Positions 13,031-26,609 of a stretch of 64,000 nt of DNA are shown here, in pieces. The position numbers and the translations under genes were made by a program. The notes beneath the pieces are model-generated. The model worked only from the letters and a program-made list of their open reading frames with translations, was not told where the DNA came from and did no database searches. The first letter of the stretch is position 1; each line of letters opens with the position of its first letter. The stretch is from Lingula anatina (lineage: Eukaryota; Animalia; Brachiopoda): the NCBI GenBank assembly GCA_051362555.1, contig JBPQGU010000013.1, forward strand, positions 372,001 to 436,000, written 5' to 3'.

Positions 13031-13698
13031 TTGATATGTTTAGACAATTATTGTGAATGATCCCTTTCCGTCTCAGCACTGATACTCCTCCGCACCATTA
13101 CTCCCTCGCACCGATAGGCCTATACTACCCCTTACACTCCATCGACCTCACCCGCATCTTAAAGCTCCTGCAACGATACTCTCTCACAGCCTTTGCAATT
13201 GGTTAAAACTGCTACCAACAAAACACAATGATTGATCTAAAAACTCTCGAAATACTATTTTTCCGAAAGTGCACCACCCTCTTGGGACCCAAAAGTGACA
13301 CATTTCATTAGAAATATTGTGGAAAAATAAGGGAATTACTAAAGTTGGTCTGCTTAGTAACAAAGTACATAGTCGATCTAATATGTATGCAGCTCGGCTT
13401 TGTGATTATTAAGAAATATCTGTATACTTCACTTCGTTCTTCAACAGTGGTTACTGTATACAATATGTGCATCTTCTTCTTGATTTGTTTATTAATTATT
13501 TTACTAAAAGTATGTTTTTAACAGAAGATAGCAAAGACGACATAATCTTTTCTTCAGGGGCCACTCTATTCGTAAAAGAAATTGAAACAACAACAACAAA
13601 AAAAAACATTGTTTAAGCGAGAAATTGCCGCCTTTGTCCTCCTGGAAATGTGAGATTCTACAATTTAGGCTGTCCTTGGGCGATTGTAGGAACCACTG

Positions 13699-13866
13699 CA
13701 GGGGCGGATCCAGAGCTATATACTGACAGTCTTCCAAATTATCTTTGTTGATTCATCCTCCAATTTTGACCGTCTTCCAACATTAAAAATTGGATACCCG
13801 TCAATGTAAACTTGAAAATCTGACCGTCTTCTGGAAGACCCAGAAGACGGCCTAAATCCGCCCCTG
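13699..13866. mobile_element. MITE with CAGGGGCGGAT...ATCCGCCCCTG inverted ends and 5-bp direct repeat CACTG; duplicate at 21157-21324
   Basis: Perfect 11-bp TIR; CACTG at 13694-13698 and 13867-13871; internal subterminal GAC(C/A)GTCTTC motifs in both orientations. Confidence 0.85.
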
Positions 13867-14961
13867 CACTGAACACCTACAGTATAATGCGCTTAAATTA
13901 CTGTTTTTTCTTTACGGTTCTGTTTGTAATAGAAATCTAGGACAGAAAAAATTACAACTTGAATGTAACATCATAAATCCTTAAAAATAGATAACAAATC
14001 CGATTGTGTTTATTGCCAGTACAGCTCTCAGGGGCGAATCCAGGATTTCGAAGACTAGGTGGTTAGTTTTTATTGACCCCGCTTCTACGTGGACGGAACG
14101 GTTCATTTTTAACATTGAATAAATTAATTGAATTAATATTCATTAAAATTAAATCAAATAAAATAACGATGCATGATGATTAGTAATGCAAGATTTATGC
14201 CGCAAAGTCGCTTGTCAGACTACATCTAAGATGATCTCACGACATACTTGGGTATGGCTGTTTAGATGTAGGGGGTAGAGGCACTATTTGAAGGCAGCTG
14301 AAGGAAAAAATCGAAAGGAGTTCGATGGCATTTAGCATTACATGGTCCATTTCTCAGTAAAGAATACTAAATAAAGAAATTATACATACTTCAGGATGGC
14401 TCACTGCGGTTTTCGTCCACACATAGGCAACCAGTAATTCGGACTCTACTAGCGATAATGTAAACACACCTTGAATGCCCATTTATATATTTGCTTTTCT
14501 AGTTAAACTTAGCAATGTGTATTAATTTTGTTCGAAAAAAAAAAGCATTCCACTGTAATTTGCGACCGCGTCCATGTGCACCAGTGCAGGCCTATTCTAT
14601 TTATGGAGATGGTCACATAATCAGCAAAACAGAAATTTAACTGGTACATGTACAAGTTTCGAAATAAAATGTTTGTCAAACCTTTATAATATCTAGAGCT
14701 TTTGTTGTTTGAAACATGTTTAACTAAAATGTAAGAAAAACGAAAAAAGTAAGCAGCAAGCTGGTAGGCAGTAAGTGAAAGCCTGGTCTGAACACTGAAT
14801 TTCTAGGTAACCATGTATTTTTCACACCCCCTAATTTCATTTCCACAACGATCCGTGAATGAGGTTAAAAAGCAATAACATACTTGTGTGACAGGACAAA
14901 ATGCTTTGTTTATTACGCCACTTTATCTTGTCAAATGAAGCATGAATTTGAAAAACCATGA

Positions 14962-15330
14962 AAACTAGAGGATCAGAGAGGTGATACCGCCTGAGGGTAT
15001 TGTACCACCAGCTGGAGTAAGCTCATTCGTATAGAAAAGTGAAAAAAGGGACACCACCTCCAGTGTTGTGCTGGACAAGCTCTACATGCAGTAAGCAAAA
15101 GTTCTAAATAGTTTTGTTGAAAATTACCATTTAAAACAAAATCATGAGGAAAAGTAAAAGTTTAAATTCAAATTTGTGAAGTGCAGTTCATGGCAAAAAG
15201 TAGGTCAAAGCTCAATTTCAAGAACACAGATTGTCAGCATATGACTGCCTATCCAAGTTCAATAGTGATTATGGGCATATCTCTGCTAGTTTTGGAGATA
15301 GAAAAGTTGCAAAGTTGCGCGGCTCATTAT
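14962..15330 (+). mobile_element. Probable non-autonomous Helentron/HINE-like fragment; duplicate at ~22420-22788
   Basis: Begins AAACTAGAG and contains CCAAGTT...TAGTTTTGGAGATA, resembling HINE/DINE-1-type core repeats. Recognised from memory only; the right end is approximate. Confidence 0.4.
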
Positions 15331-15525
15331 AAAATCGCCACCTTTTAAAATTTCCAGTTGTACTAAGTGCACGTGGTTTGCAGATTAATTTTAGCCATTA
15401 AGAGCGTTAGATTGAAACCTTTTGCCGCTACAAATACAACAACTTGATTGATATCTTAGGCGATTATCAAAAACAGACAATAGCAAGAATCACTTACCTG
15501 CTGTAGGTTACAAGGGCGACCAACC

Positions 15526-15738
15526 CAGGGGCGGGACCAGGATTATTTGAAGGGGGGTCCACGGATGCAAAACCGACCCTTATCTTAGAGGGCGAACGGT
15601 GCTATTTGGTACTTTTTAGAACTATGATTCGGCTAGAGAAAATACTTATTTCATAAGGGGACCATCGGTGTGATTATTTTTAGAAACTGAAGGGGAGGAG
15701 GTCAGGACCCCCTGACCCCCCCTCCCAATCCGCCACTG
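15526..15738. mobile_element. MITE, CAGGGGCGG...CCGCCACTG ends; duplicate at 22984-23196
   Basis: Imperfect TIRs, G/C-run subterminal motifs (GACCCCCTGACCCCCC), flanks CAACC / CAACT (4/5 direct repeat). Confidence 0.75.
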
Positions 15739-16239
15739 CAACTACCAATGGACCTCGGTGGACACAAGTTAATTACATATCTGGCATTTGTGTCATAGGT
15801 TGTGCATTTAAGCTTTAAACTTAAGTTTTATAAATATTAAAGTACCTACCCTTTAACGCGAAGTAAGAATCACGGTCAGCCACCTTTGTTTATGAGACAG
15901 TAATCAGTGTTACGCCGACGACCATCACCTGATCTATTGAATTAAACGAGTGGAGTAGTAACGAACCCTTGGAACAAATTTGAGAAATAAGCAAACCTGA
16001 CTTTATCGAGTGTAGGGGAGTTCGATTTTCTAAAAAAAAAAATGTACATTATATTTATAAAAATTCAGTCGGGGTCGAAACTCCCCCCTCCCACGCCCCC
16101 ACCGACCCTCCTAAATCCACCACTGGCACAAATCTTTTGTCCTGTACCATCTAAACTGCGTCACGTACAGCTCGATGTAGCGAGTCAATATAAATATAAT
16201 TTCAATCGGTTGACGAGAGGAATTAAAGTGAAATTAATT

Positions 16240-17124
16240 TCTCTCTGGTTATGACACGCCAGAAGAGGGCGGGATTGGTGTATGGGAGTTTTCGTGTCAT
16301 TTAGGCGATTGACACGGTACTGTTAACACGCTTATGATTACGACTCCGTAGACGACATGGTTGATGAGTCCAGTGGAAGCGAACACTTTACCTTGGCTGA
16401 TGTAATGAAAAAAATGGAAAGTAAAAAGAAAGAGACGAAAGACTATTTCGACCATAGACTGTCTACTTTTAATGCCGAAGTCGGTAAAAACTGAAAGTCG
16501 ACAATATTTATCTTGGAAAATAGAAGGTAATCACCAGCAATTTGACTCAACAGTATTTGAAAATAAGATTATTGTGGTGAACAAACTGACAGTGCCTTAC
16601 AGTCTTGGCAAGAGAAACAAACTTATCAGAATTGCTGACACTTTCGACACTGTTAAGGAACTGTTAATCCTCTTGCTTGTGATTCTGAGAGCGAGAGAGC
16701 TACAAAGAAAATAAAAGAAAACAAAAAGGGAGCCAAAAAAATAAGGTTATATCAGCAGACCGACCGATAGGTGTGGTGGGCGATACTTCTCAGCGGAGAA
16801 GTCTTTATCGCAGCAGCGGGTCGTGACTTTGCTTAGCTTGTTGAGGAAAGGGCCATTTCATGCTTGAGTGACCAACTTACAGAGGGGAAAGTTATTCTAC
16901 CAGAGTCCAACCCCAGAGATAAGGGAACATCTGGAATGGGATAGAAGGCGAAAGCATTGAAAAATAGATAAGTACCCGGTACATGTATGAGTGCGTTAGT
17001 TTCAATCAAGAGTTGCATAATTATGAACATGAGCAAAATCAGAAATTCATACCCGTGAAAAGTAGGTTAAGAACCAATTTAAGTTTTTGGGAAGAAGTAG
17101 GGTATTCATTTTTTATTCTAGACT
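16240..17124 (+). mobile_element. Truncated 5' part (leader, gag-like ORF, start of pol) of the DIRS/Ngaro-type retroelement, cut by the duplication breakpoint
   Basis: Identical to 23704-24588. Encodes ...SWKIEGNHQQF...KRNKLIRIAD and VKSRLRTNLSFWEEVGYSFFILD, then jumps into satellite. Confidence 0.8.
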
Positions 17125-17126
17125 AG

Positions 17127-18635
17127 AGTAAGAATAAAGTGCTTGAAGAGTGGTGGTGTCAACATTAAGGAAGAAATAGAGCAAAAACTCTCTCTCCCCC
17201 CCCCTTTCAGATTCTGTTCTCAGAGCTTATTTTTGGATCATCTTTAAAGCTAGAATTGGGGGCCTTGATGAAGTGACCCGGGCGCGTTTCCACATTTTTT
17301 ATGAATGACAGGTGTGGTAGATTGATTTTCGTCACTTTTTGGAAAAATTGGAGACGGGTCGATTTTTGGTGATTTTGAGTGATTTTGAACAGTGCCGGCA
17401 CTGTGAGATTTCTTCAATTTTGGCCAGGTAGGGATGAAAATTTTTTTTCTTCATTATAGTGTCAGGTAGGTGTGTTCGGTCATTTGTAGTAAGAATAAAG
17501 TGCTGGAAGAGTGGTGGTGTCAACATTAAGGAAGAAATAGAGCAAAAACTCTCTCTCCCCCCCCCTCTCAGATTCTGTTCTCAGAGCTTATTTTTGGATC
17601 ATCTTTAAAGCTAGAATTGGGGGCCTTGATGAAGTGACCCGGGCGCGTTTTCACATTTTTTATGAATGACAGGTGTGGTAGATTGATTTTCGTCACTTTT
17701 TGGAAAAATCGGAGACGGGTCGATTTTTGGTGATTTTGAGTGATTTTGAACAGTGCCGGCACTGTGAGATTTCTTCAATTTTGGCCAGGTAGGGATGAAA
17801 ATTTTTTTCTTCATTATAGTGTCAGGTAGATGTGTTCGGTCATTTGTAGTAAGAATAAAGTGCTGGAAGAGTGGTGGTGTCAACATTAAGGAAGAAATAG
17901 AGCAAAAACTCTCTCTCCCCCCCCCCCCTCTCAGATTCTGTTCTCAGAGCTTATTTTTGGATCATCTTTAAAGCTAGAATTGGGGGCCTTGATGAAGTGA
18001 CCCGGGCGCGTTTCCACATTTTTTATGAATGACAGGTGTGGTAGATTGATTTTCGTCACTTTTTGGAAAAATCGGAGACGGGTCGATTTTTGGTGATTTT
18101 GAGTGATTTTGAACAGTGCCGGCACTGTGAGATTTCTTCAATTTTGGCCAGGTAGGGATGAAAAATTTTTTTCTTCATTATAGTGTCAGGTAGGTGTGTT
18201 CGGTCATTTGTAGTAAGAATAAAGTGCTGGAAGAGTGGTGGTGTCAACATTAAGGAAGAAATAGAGCAAAAACTCTCTCCCCCCCCCCCTCTCAGATTCT
18301 GTTCTCAGAGCTTATTTTTGGATCATCTTTAAAGCTAGAATTGGGGGCCTTGATGAAGTGACCCGGGCGCGTTTCCACATTTTTTATGAATGACAGGTGT
18401 GGTAGATTGATTTTCGTCACTTTTTGGAAAAATCGGAGACGGGTCGATTTTTGGTGATTTTGAGTGATTTTGAACAGTGCCGGCACTGTGAGATTTCTTC
18501 AATTTTGGCCAGGTAGGGATGAAAAATTTTTTTCTTCATTATAGTGTCAGGTAGGTGTGTTCGGTCATTTGTAGTAAGCATAAAATGCTTGAAGAGTGGT
18601 GGTGTCAACATTATGGAAGAAATAAAGCAAAAACT
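17127..18635. repeat. Satellite array 2 (~4.2 monomers), duplicated end of array 1
   Basis: Same monomer, same variants and same right-hand junction (AAAACT|ATGTATACAG) as the end of array 1. Confidence 0.98.
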
Positions 18636-21600
18636 ATGTATACAGATTCCTGCTATATTATTATTTTATCTTTAATTTATCGAATTTTATGATGCCTTTC
18701 CTATATACATAGTCCTTTTTTAAAATAATTACCGTATCAGTTTTTTAAAACCTAGAACAAAAGTTTTCAGTTTGTCTGTCTTTTTTATTCCAGCAATTTC
18801 AGCAGCCATTACTGTTTCCGAGACACCTTGCGTGTGCTATCAAACGAAGCCTGTTACTTACAGCACAGGAGCACCAAAGAGTTTGAAGAGTGCTTTACAA
18901 GTCATCAGTCAAATTAAGCAGAAATGGTCTTAGCTTTGCAAACCGGTGTCAAAGGGTCAAATCAAGTATTCCAAGCCTTCCAAGGACTAGTATGATGTAA
19001 GTCAGTATGGACAATATATTAAAGGTCCAAAAGCATCAAAGTCTTTAAGGTACTCGCCCCACGCCGCAGCATGTCATCGAAGAAATGACCCCTTGATGAT
19101 AGGGATATGGATTGCAAGTGTTCTGGAGGCTCCAAGACAACTGTCTATAGCAGGTTCTGGTACTTGCATAGTGGGTCTTCAAACCCTTGGTATAGAAAGT
19201 ACAAACCAGCAGCTTAATCTGGAAGTTAAAAAGAAAAAACAGCCATAAGTCCATGCATTAAAATCATGTTGAAATCTCTTTTTGGAAATTAGAAAAACGA
19301 CTATTGCAATTATTAGAGAAGGCTTAATTAACTTTGAGTGTGCATTTTTTATGAACTGATACTTCCTTGTGAACAAAAACTCTGAAAAGATTTCCACATT
19401 TTGTATTTTTGGCAATAATGAGAAATGAATGAACATTCATTGATTAATTATTATCATTATTTATTTATTCATTTATTTTTTTGCTATTTCCACTTGAGGG
19501 TGCTTACGCAAATTTGGCAGATTTCCCAAGTTTTGGGTTAAATAATAATAATTTATTGAGCACTGAAATGTTTTTACATTTAGAAGCTCTCTAGCTACTA
19601 TACATTATACATATGGAAAGATAGTAAGGATAGTAAGTAAATGAAAGAGAAAAAAAATTATACTTATATAATGTTACACAATATACATTCTCTTAATATC
19701 CAGGTGAGATGCATGAAATCATTTGTGCACTTCTAGTTAATTACGTTTTTTTTAAAAGCACAATGTTGTTATTTTGGGTCTTTATGAGGTAATGTGATTT
19801 TGTCAGCATATTAGTTAAATGAACAACTTTGTCTGGATGCCCCACTCCTGCCTCAAATGAGATTTTAAAAGCAAACATCAATATCTATAAAGTCAGGTTT
19901 TAATGCTTATTTTTGAACACATTTCACATAAATCACATTTCACATGATGATCTGGGCTGATTTTGTCAAAGTTAAAGAAACCCCATTTTGAACACTGATG
20001 ACAATTTAAGTAAAACCATGTTACTCATGGATCTCAATCTTACAGAAAAGGTAAATTGGACTAAAATACAGCTTGAGTTAGAAAACTGAACTGATTGCAT
20101 TCTTTTTCTGAGAGTTATTTATTTATTTAATTATCATTATTATTATTATTTATTATTATTATTTTCAAAATTTTTTTTTTCACATATTAGCATTTTCTTC
20201 GTGAGACTTGGAACTCCCACGGGATGAAATTCCAGCTCCCACTCTCAAGCCCCTGGGGAGCTTTTTGAAATAATATAAAGATGAAATTTGGGTCTTTTTA
20301 AAATAATTAAAATAATGATGTCAGGAAGGTGTGTTTTGTTTTTTCTAGCCATCCACAGGTAATTTTTTTTTTTCAATATTTCTTGTGAATTAAAAAAATA
20401 TTTTTCCATCCCCCTCCCCAACCTCAAACCCCTGAGGAGCTTTTTGAAGTACTATAAAGATGCAATTTGGGGATTTAATGATGAGATGTTGATATGTTTA
20501 GACAATTATTGTGAATGATCCCTTTCCGTCTCAGCACTGATACTCCTCCGCACCATTACTCCCTCGCACCGATAGGCCTATACTACCCCTTACACTCCAT
20601 CGACCTCACCCGCATCTTAAAGCTCCTGCAACGATACTCTCTCACAGCCTTTGCAATTGGTTAAAACTGCTACCAACAAAACACAATGATTGATCTAAAA
20701 ACTCTCGAAATACTATTTTTCCGAAAGTGCACCACCCTCTTGGGACCCAAAAGTGACACATTTCATTAGAAATATTGTGGAAAAATAAGGGAATTACTAA
20801 AGTTGGTCTGCTTAGTAACAAAGTACATAGTCGATCTAATATGTATGCAGCTCGGCTTTGTGATTATTAAGAAATATCTGTATACTTCACTTCGTTCTTC
20901 AACAGTGGTTACTGTATACAATATGTGCATCTTCTTCTTGATTTGTTTATTAATTATTTTACTAAAAGTATGTTTTTAACAGAAGATAGCAAAGACGACA
21001 TAATCTTTTCTTCAGGGGCCACTCTATTCGTAAAAGAAATTGAAACAACAACAACAAAAAAAAACATTGTTTAAGCGAGAAATTGCCGCCTTTGTCCTCC
21101 TGGAAATGTGAGATTCTACAATTTAGGCTGTCCTTGGGCGATTGTAGGAACCACTGCAGGGGCGGATCCAGAGCTATATACTGACAGTCTTCCAAATTAT
21201 CTTTGTTGATTCATCCTCCAATTTTGACCGTCTTCCAACATTAAAAATTGGATACCCGTCAATGTAAACTTGAAAATCTGACCGTCTTCTGGAAGACCCA
21301 GAAGACGGCCTAAATCCGCCCCTGCACTGAACACCTACAGTATAATGCGCTTAAATTACTGTTTTTTCTTTACGGTTCTGTTTGTAATAGAAATCTAGGA
21401 CAGAAAAAATTACAACTTGAATGTAACATCATAAATCCTTAAAAATAGATAACAAATCCGATTGTGTTTATTGCCAGTACAGCTCTCAGGGGCGAATCCA
21501 GGATTTCGAAGACTAGGTGGTTAGTTTTTATTGACCCCGCTTCTACGTGGACGGAACGGTTCATTTTTAACATTGAATAAATTAATTGAATTAATATTCA

Positions 21601-24588
21601 TTAAAATTAAATCAAATAAAATAACGATGCATGATGATTAGTAATGCAAGATTTATGCCGCAAAGTCGCTTGTCAGACTACATCTAAGATGATCTCACGA
21701 CATACTTGGGTATGGCTGTTTAGATGTAGGGGGTAGAGGCACTATTTGAAGGCAGCTGAAGGAAAAAATCGAAAGGAGTTCGATGGCATTTAGCATTACA
21801 TGGTCCATTTCTCAGTAAAGAATACTAAATAAAGAAATTATACATACTTCAGGATGGCTCACTGCGGTTTTCGTCCACACATAGGCAACCAGTAATTCGG
21901 ACTCTACTAGCGATAATGTAAACACACCTTGAATGCCCATTTATATATTTGCTTTTCTAGTTAAACTTAGCAATGTGTATTAATTTTGTTCGAAAAAAAA
22001 AAGCATTCCACTGTAATTTGCGACCGCGTCCATGTGCACCAGTGCAGGCCTATTCTATTTATGGAGATGGTCACATAATCAGCAAAACAGAAATTTAACT
22101 GGTACATGTACAAGTTTCGAAATAAAATGTTTGTCAAACCTTTATAATATCTAGAGCTTTTGTTGTTTGAAACATGTTTAACTAAAATGTAAGAAAAACG
22201 AAAAAAGTAAGCAGCAAGCTGGTAGGCAGTAAGTGAAAGCCTGGTCTGAACACTGAATTTCTAGGTAACCATGTATTTTTCACACCCCCTAATTTCATTT
22301 CCACAACGATCCGTGAATGAGGTTAAAAAGCAATAACATACTTGTGTGACAGGACAAAATGCTTTGTTTATTACGCCACTTTATCTTGTCAAATGAAGCA
22401 TGAATTTGAAAAACCATGAAAACTAGAGGATCAGAGAGGTGATACCGCCTGAGGGTATTGTACCACCAGCTGGAGTAAGCTCATTCGTATAGAAAAGTGA
22501 AAAAAGGGACACCACCTCCAGTGTTGTGCTGGACAAGCTCTACATGCAGTAAGCAAAAGTTCTAAATAGTTTTGTTGAAAATTACCATTTAAAACAAAAT
22601 CATGAGGAAAAGTAAAAGTTTAAATTCAAATTTGTGAAGTGCAGTTCATGGCAAAAAGTAGGTCAAAGCTCAATTTCAAGAACACAGATTGTCAGCATAT
22701 GACTGCCTATCCAAGTTCAATAGTGATTATGGGCATATCTCTGCTAGTTTTGGAGATAGAAAAGTTGCAAAGTTGCGCGGCTCATTATAAAATCGCCACC
22801 TTTTAAAATTTCCAGTTGTACTAAGTGCACGTGGTTTGCAGATTAATTTTAGCCATTAAGAGCGTTAGATTGAAACCTTTTGCCGCTACAAATACAACAA
22901 CTTGATTGATATCTTAGGCGATTATCAAAAACAGACAATAGCAAGAATCACTTACCTGCTGTAGGTTACAAGGGCGACCAACCCAGGGGCGGGACCAGGA
23001 TTATTTGAAGGGGGGTCCACGGATGCAAAACCGACCCTTATCTTAGAGGGCGAACGGTGCTATTTGGTACTTTTTAGAACTATGATTCGGCTAGAGAAAA
23101 TACTTATTTCATAAGGGGACCATCGGTGTGATTATTTTTAGAAACTGAAGGGGAGGAGGTCAGGACCCCCTGACCCCCCCTCCCAATCCGCCACTGCAAC
23201 TACATGTACCAATGGACCTCGGTGGACACAAGTTAATTACATATCTGGCATTTGTGTCATAGGTTGTGCATTTAAGCTTTAAACTTAAGTTTTATAAATA
23301 TTAAAGTACCTACCCTTTAACGCGAAGTAAGAATCACGGTCAGCCACCTTTGTTTATGAGACAGTAATCAGTGTTACGCCGACGACCATCACCTGATCTA
23401 TTGAATTAAACGAGTGGAGTAGTAACGAACCCTTGGAACAAATTTGAGAAATAAGCAAACCTGACTTTATCGAGTGTAGGGGAGTTCGATTTTCTAAAAA
23501 AAAAAATGTACATTATATTTATAAAAATTCAGTCGGGGTCGAAACTCCCCCCTCCCACGCCCCCACCGACCCTCCTAAATCCACCACTGGCACAAATCTT
23601 TTGTCCTGTACCATCTAAACTGCGTCACGTACAGCTCGATGTAGCGAGTCAATATAAATATAATTTCAATCGGTTGACGAGAGGAATTAAAGTGAAATTA
23701 ATTTCTCTCTGGTTATGACACGCCAGAAGAGGGCGGGATTGGTGTATGGGAGTTTTCGTGTCATTTAGGCGATTGACACGGTACTGTTAACACGCTTATG
23801 ATTACGACTCCGTAGACGACATGGTTGATGAGTCCAGTGGAAGCGAACACTTTACCTTGGCTGATGTAATGAAAAAAATGGAAAGTAAAAAGAAAGAGAC
23901 GAAAGACTATTTCGACCATAGACTGTCTACTTTTAATGCCGAAGTCGGTAAAAACTGAAAGTCGACAATATTTATCTTGGAAAATAGAAGGTAATCACCA
24001 GCAATTTGACTCAACAGTATTTGAAAATAAGATTATTGTGGTGAACAAACTGACAGTGCCTTACAGTCTTGGCAAGAGAAACAAACTTATCAGAATTGCT
24101 GACACTTTCGACACTGTTAAGGAACTGTTAATCCTCTTGCTTGTGATTCTGAGAGCGAGAGAGCTACAAAGAAAATAAAAGAAAACAAAAAGGGAGCCAA
24201 AAAAATAAGGTTATATCAGCAGACCGACCGATAGGTGTGGTGGGCGATACTTCTCAGCGGAGAAGTCTTTATCGCAGCAGCGGGTCGTGACTTTGCTTAG
24301 CTTGTTGAGGAAAGGGCCATTTCATGCTTGAGTGACCAACTTACAGAGGGGAAAGTTATTCTACCAGAGTCCAACCCCAGAGATAAGGGAACATCTGGAA
24401 TGGGATAGAAGGCGAAAGCATTGAAAAATAGATAAGTACCCGGTACATGTATGAGTGCGTTAGTTTCAATCAAGAGTTGCATAATTATGAACATGAGCAA
24501 AATCAGAAATTCATACCCGTGAAAAGTAGGTTAAGAACCAATTTAAGTTTTTGGGAAGAAGTAGGGTATTCATTTTTTATTCTAGACT
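17127..24588. repeat. Tandem segmental duplication, copy B
   Basis: Starts at the junction TCTAGACT-AG-AGTAAGAATAAAG. Identity with copy A ends at TCTAGACT (24588), after which the retroelement continues uninterrupted. Confidence 0.95.
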
Positions 24589-26500
24589 TGATAAAAATGG
24601 TTATAAATTTCCGTTTATAGCAACACCCTGTGGGATGAGGAAAGATAACAGCTTTCACCATTGAAAAATAAGTTTTTTGTTAAAAAGCTATTCTTGAATT
24701 GAAAAAGATGCGTTTGATTAAAAGGTGTAGCAAACAACCAATTGTTGATAACCCTTAAACAGAAGCAGTGCATAGCAGTGAAAAAAATAGATTGATTTTA
24801 GATGTACGAGAAGTAAACAAACATGTCTGTAAGCAGTCTGGTAGTTACGGACATTTGAGAACGGCTCTTATGTTTATGAAACTGTGTGGTTGGTTGATTA
24901 AATTTGATTCAGCTAATCAACATCTAGATATCTATTATCCTCATACGGATTATTGAGGTTTTTCATGGAAAATTCAAGATCAGCAGATTTATTTTTGATT
25001 CTTAGTTCTTCCATTTGGGTTATCATTAGCACTTAATATTTTTTTCAAAATTGACTTGGCAATTAATCAAAGAATGGTTCGATGTAATTGGATGACGGTC
25101 TGTGGTACTGTGGTAACATAGATAGATTGGAGCATCAGGGTGCTGAGATCAAAGATGATATTGCTAAGTCAGGTTTTATGTAAATATATGAGAATACTAT
25201 TTGGTCGTAGGTACAGAGTCTGGCATTTATAGGCATCGAAATAGATATTAGTATTGGGGAAATCAAAGTTCTTGATATTAGATTAGCAAGTGCTAAGAGA
25301 TCTGACATTATATTCGCACGAAAGTGAGCAGAGGTCTGGCTATGTCGGTCGGATTATACTATGTCTCATGTGTTGGGAAGTGTAACGCAACTAATGACAA
25401 ATTATATTAGCATGGTTATTTCAAGTGCTTTTTCTTAGAATCAGAAAATGTGTGTGAAAGCATGCAGTCAAATTAGACCTTGGTGTAGTAAATCAGAATT
25501 TTACAGTTTTCACCTCAGTGCAATAAGGTAGTTTATTCTGATGCTAGTAGTACTGGGTTTGGAGGATATTGTGTGGAGACACCTAAAAGGGTGTGTTGCG
25601 GGGAATGGTCAGCTGACGAAGCGACGGAGAGCTCTACTTACAGAGATCTGATAGCTGTTTTCAGGGTCCTGTTCTCCATGGCAAACACGTTGAGTGTTTT
25701 GAGATTGAAGTGGTTTTCTGATAGCAAAGATGTTGTAAACATTAAAGAAAAAAGTAGCATGAGGAGTAAATTACAACCTATTATTTTTGATGTTTTTCTT
25801 CTAATGGAGTTATTCAATAGAAATGAAAGGATACTGAGAGAAGAGAATACCCATGCAGATTATATAAGTAGACGTGTGGATGTTGACAAATGGGGTATTT
25901 CTAAAGAATTATTCTCACATTTTGATAAGATATGGGGTCCTCATGAAGTGGATTGGTTAACGTCCTGCTACAATGCTAAAGTACATATTTTACTCTAGAT
26001 TTTAGAATCCAGGAACAGTGAATGGGACACGCGTCATTTACGGATCTATCCTGGTCCTCAGATCAAATTCAGTCTCTTATTTCTACCAATGAGTTACAAC
26101 AGACTCCTTGTTTCTATATTGTTTCCGACAGACTGTTCTGGTCCTTCACCTGTAAATATCCATCATGACGTAATCAAATGTGGCACCGAAACGTGCCCTT
26201 GGCTGACTCTGTTATGGTCTCAAAATTTTTGAAGCTTTAAGCTTTTAGATGCTACCTAGTTTCTTATTGAAAAGTCGAGATATAGAGGTGGCAATTGGCT
26301 TTTGATAAATCGGGTTAAATCGTATTTATGCCCAGTAAAAGTTCTTGAAAATATTTAGATTTCATTGGTAGGCCTCGATCCTAGCTACAGCTTTTCAAAT
26401 TTACATGGCCTATTTTAAATATAATATCGTTGAATTACAATGACAGTTATGTATGAAAATTGTATAACGACGAGGGGGAGTATCGGTGCGCGTACAACAG
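23704..26500 (+). mobile_element. Decayed DIRS/Ngaro-like tyrosine-recombinase retrotransposon (gag-like, RT, RNase H, MT-like, YR fragment)
   Basis: Frameshifted motifs in the expected order: RNKLIRIAD (~24075); RLRTNLSFW...ILDLIKNGYKFPF (24519-24620); NRLILDVREVNKHV (~24790); VLPFGLS (~25005); LDDG (~25088); YSDASSTGFGG (~25535); SSTYRDL, WFSDS, REENTHADYISR, WGPHEVD...YNAK (ORF 25573-25998); YRGGNWLLI...LCPVKVLE (~26280-26350). Element ends are approximate. Confidence 0.9.
25530..26015 (+). pseudogene. RNase H plus start of the methyltransferase-like domain of DIRS-type pol (remnant)
   Basis: ORF 25573-25998 plus upstream YSDASSTGFGGY. Carries DIRS RNase H motifs (DAS, RE/DL, SD, N..AD..SR) followed by WGPHEVD...FYSRF*NPG. 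Confidence 0.85.
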
Positions 26501-26609
26501 TAATTTATGAATACATTTTACAGTATTATGGAATATACATGTATATTAGCGCCCGTGGTCTTATTGATCAATTAATGTGTGAATGAATAAGTCAAATCCA
26601 CATGTATAT

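Larger units (their letters stand above)
9298..17124. repeat. Tandem segmental duplication, copy A (last ~5 satellite monomers plus 5.95 kb non-satellite DNA)
   Basis: 11177-17124 is nearly identical to 18636-24588, with identical ORFs at offsets 7458-7464. Diagnostic satellite variants (GCTTGAAG, CCCTTTCAG, TTTTCACAT, GGTAGATGT, AGCATAAAATG) recur in the same order in 17127-18635. Confidence 0.95.
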
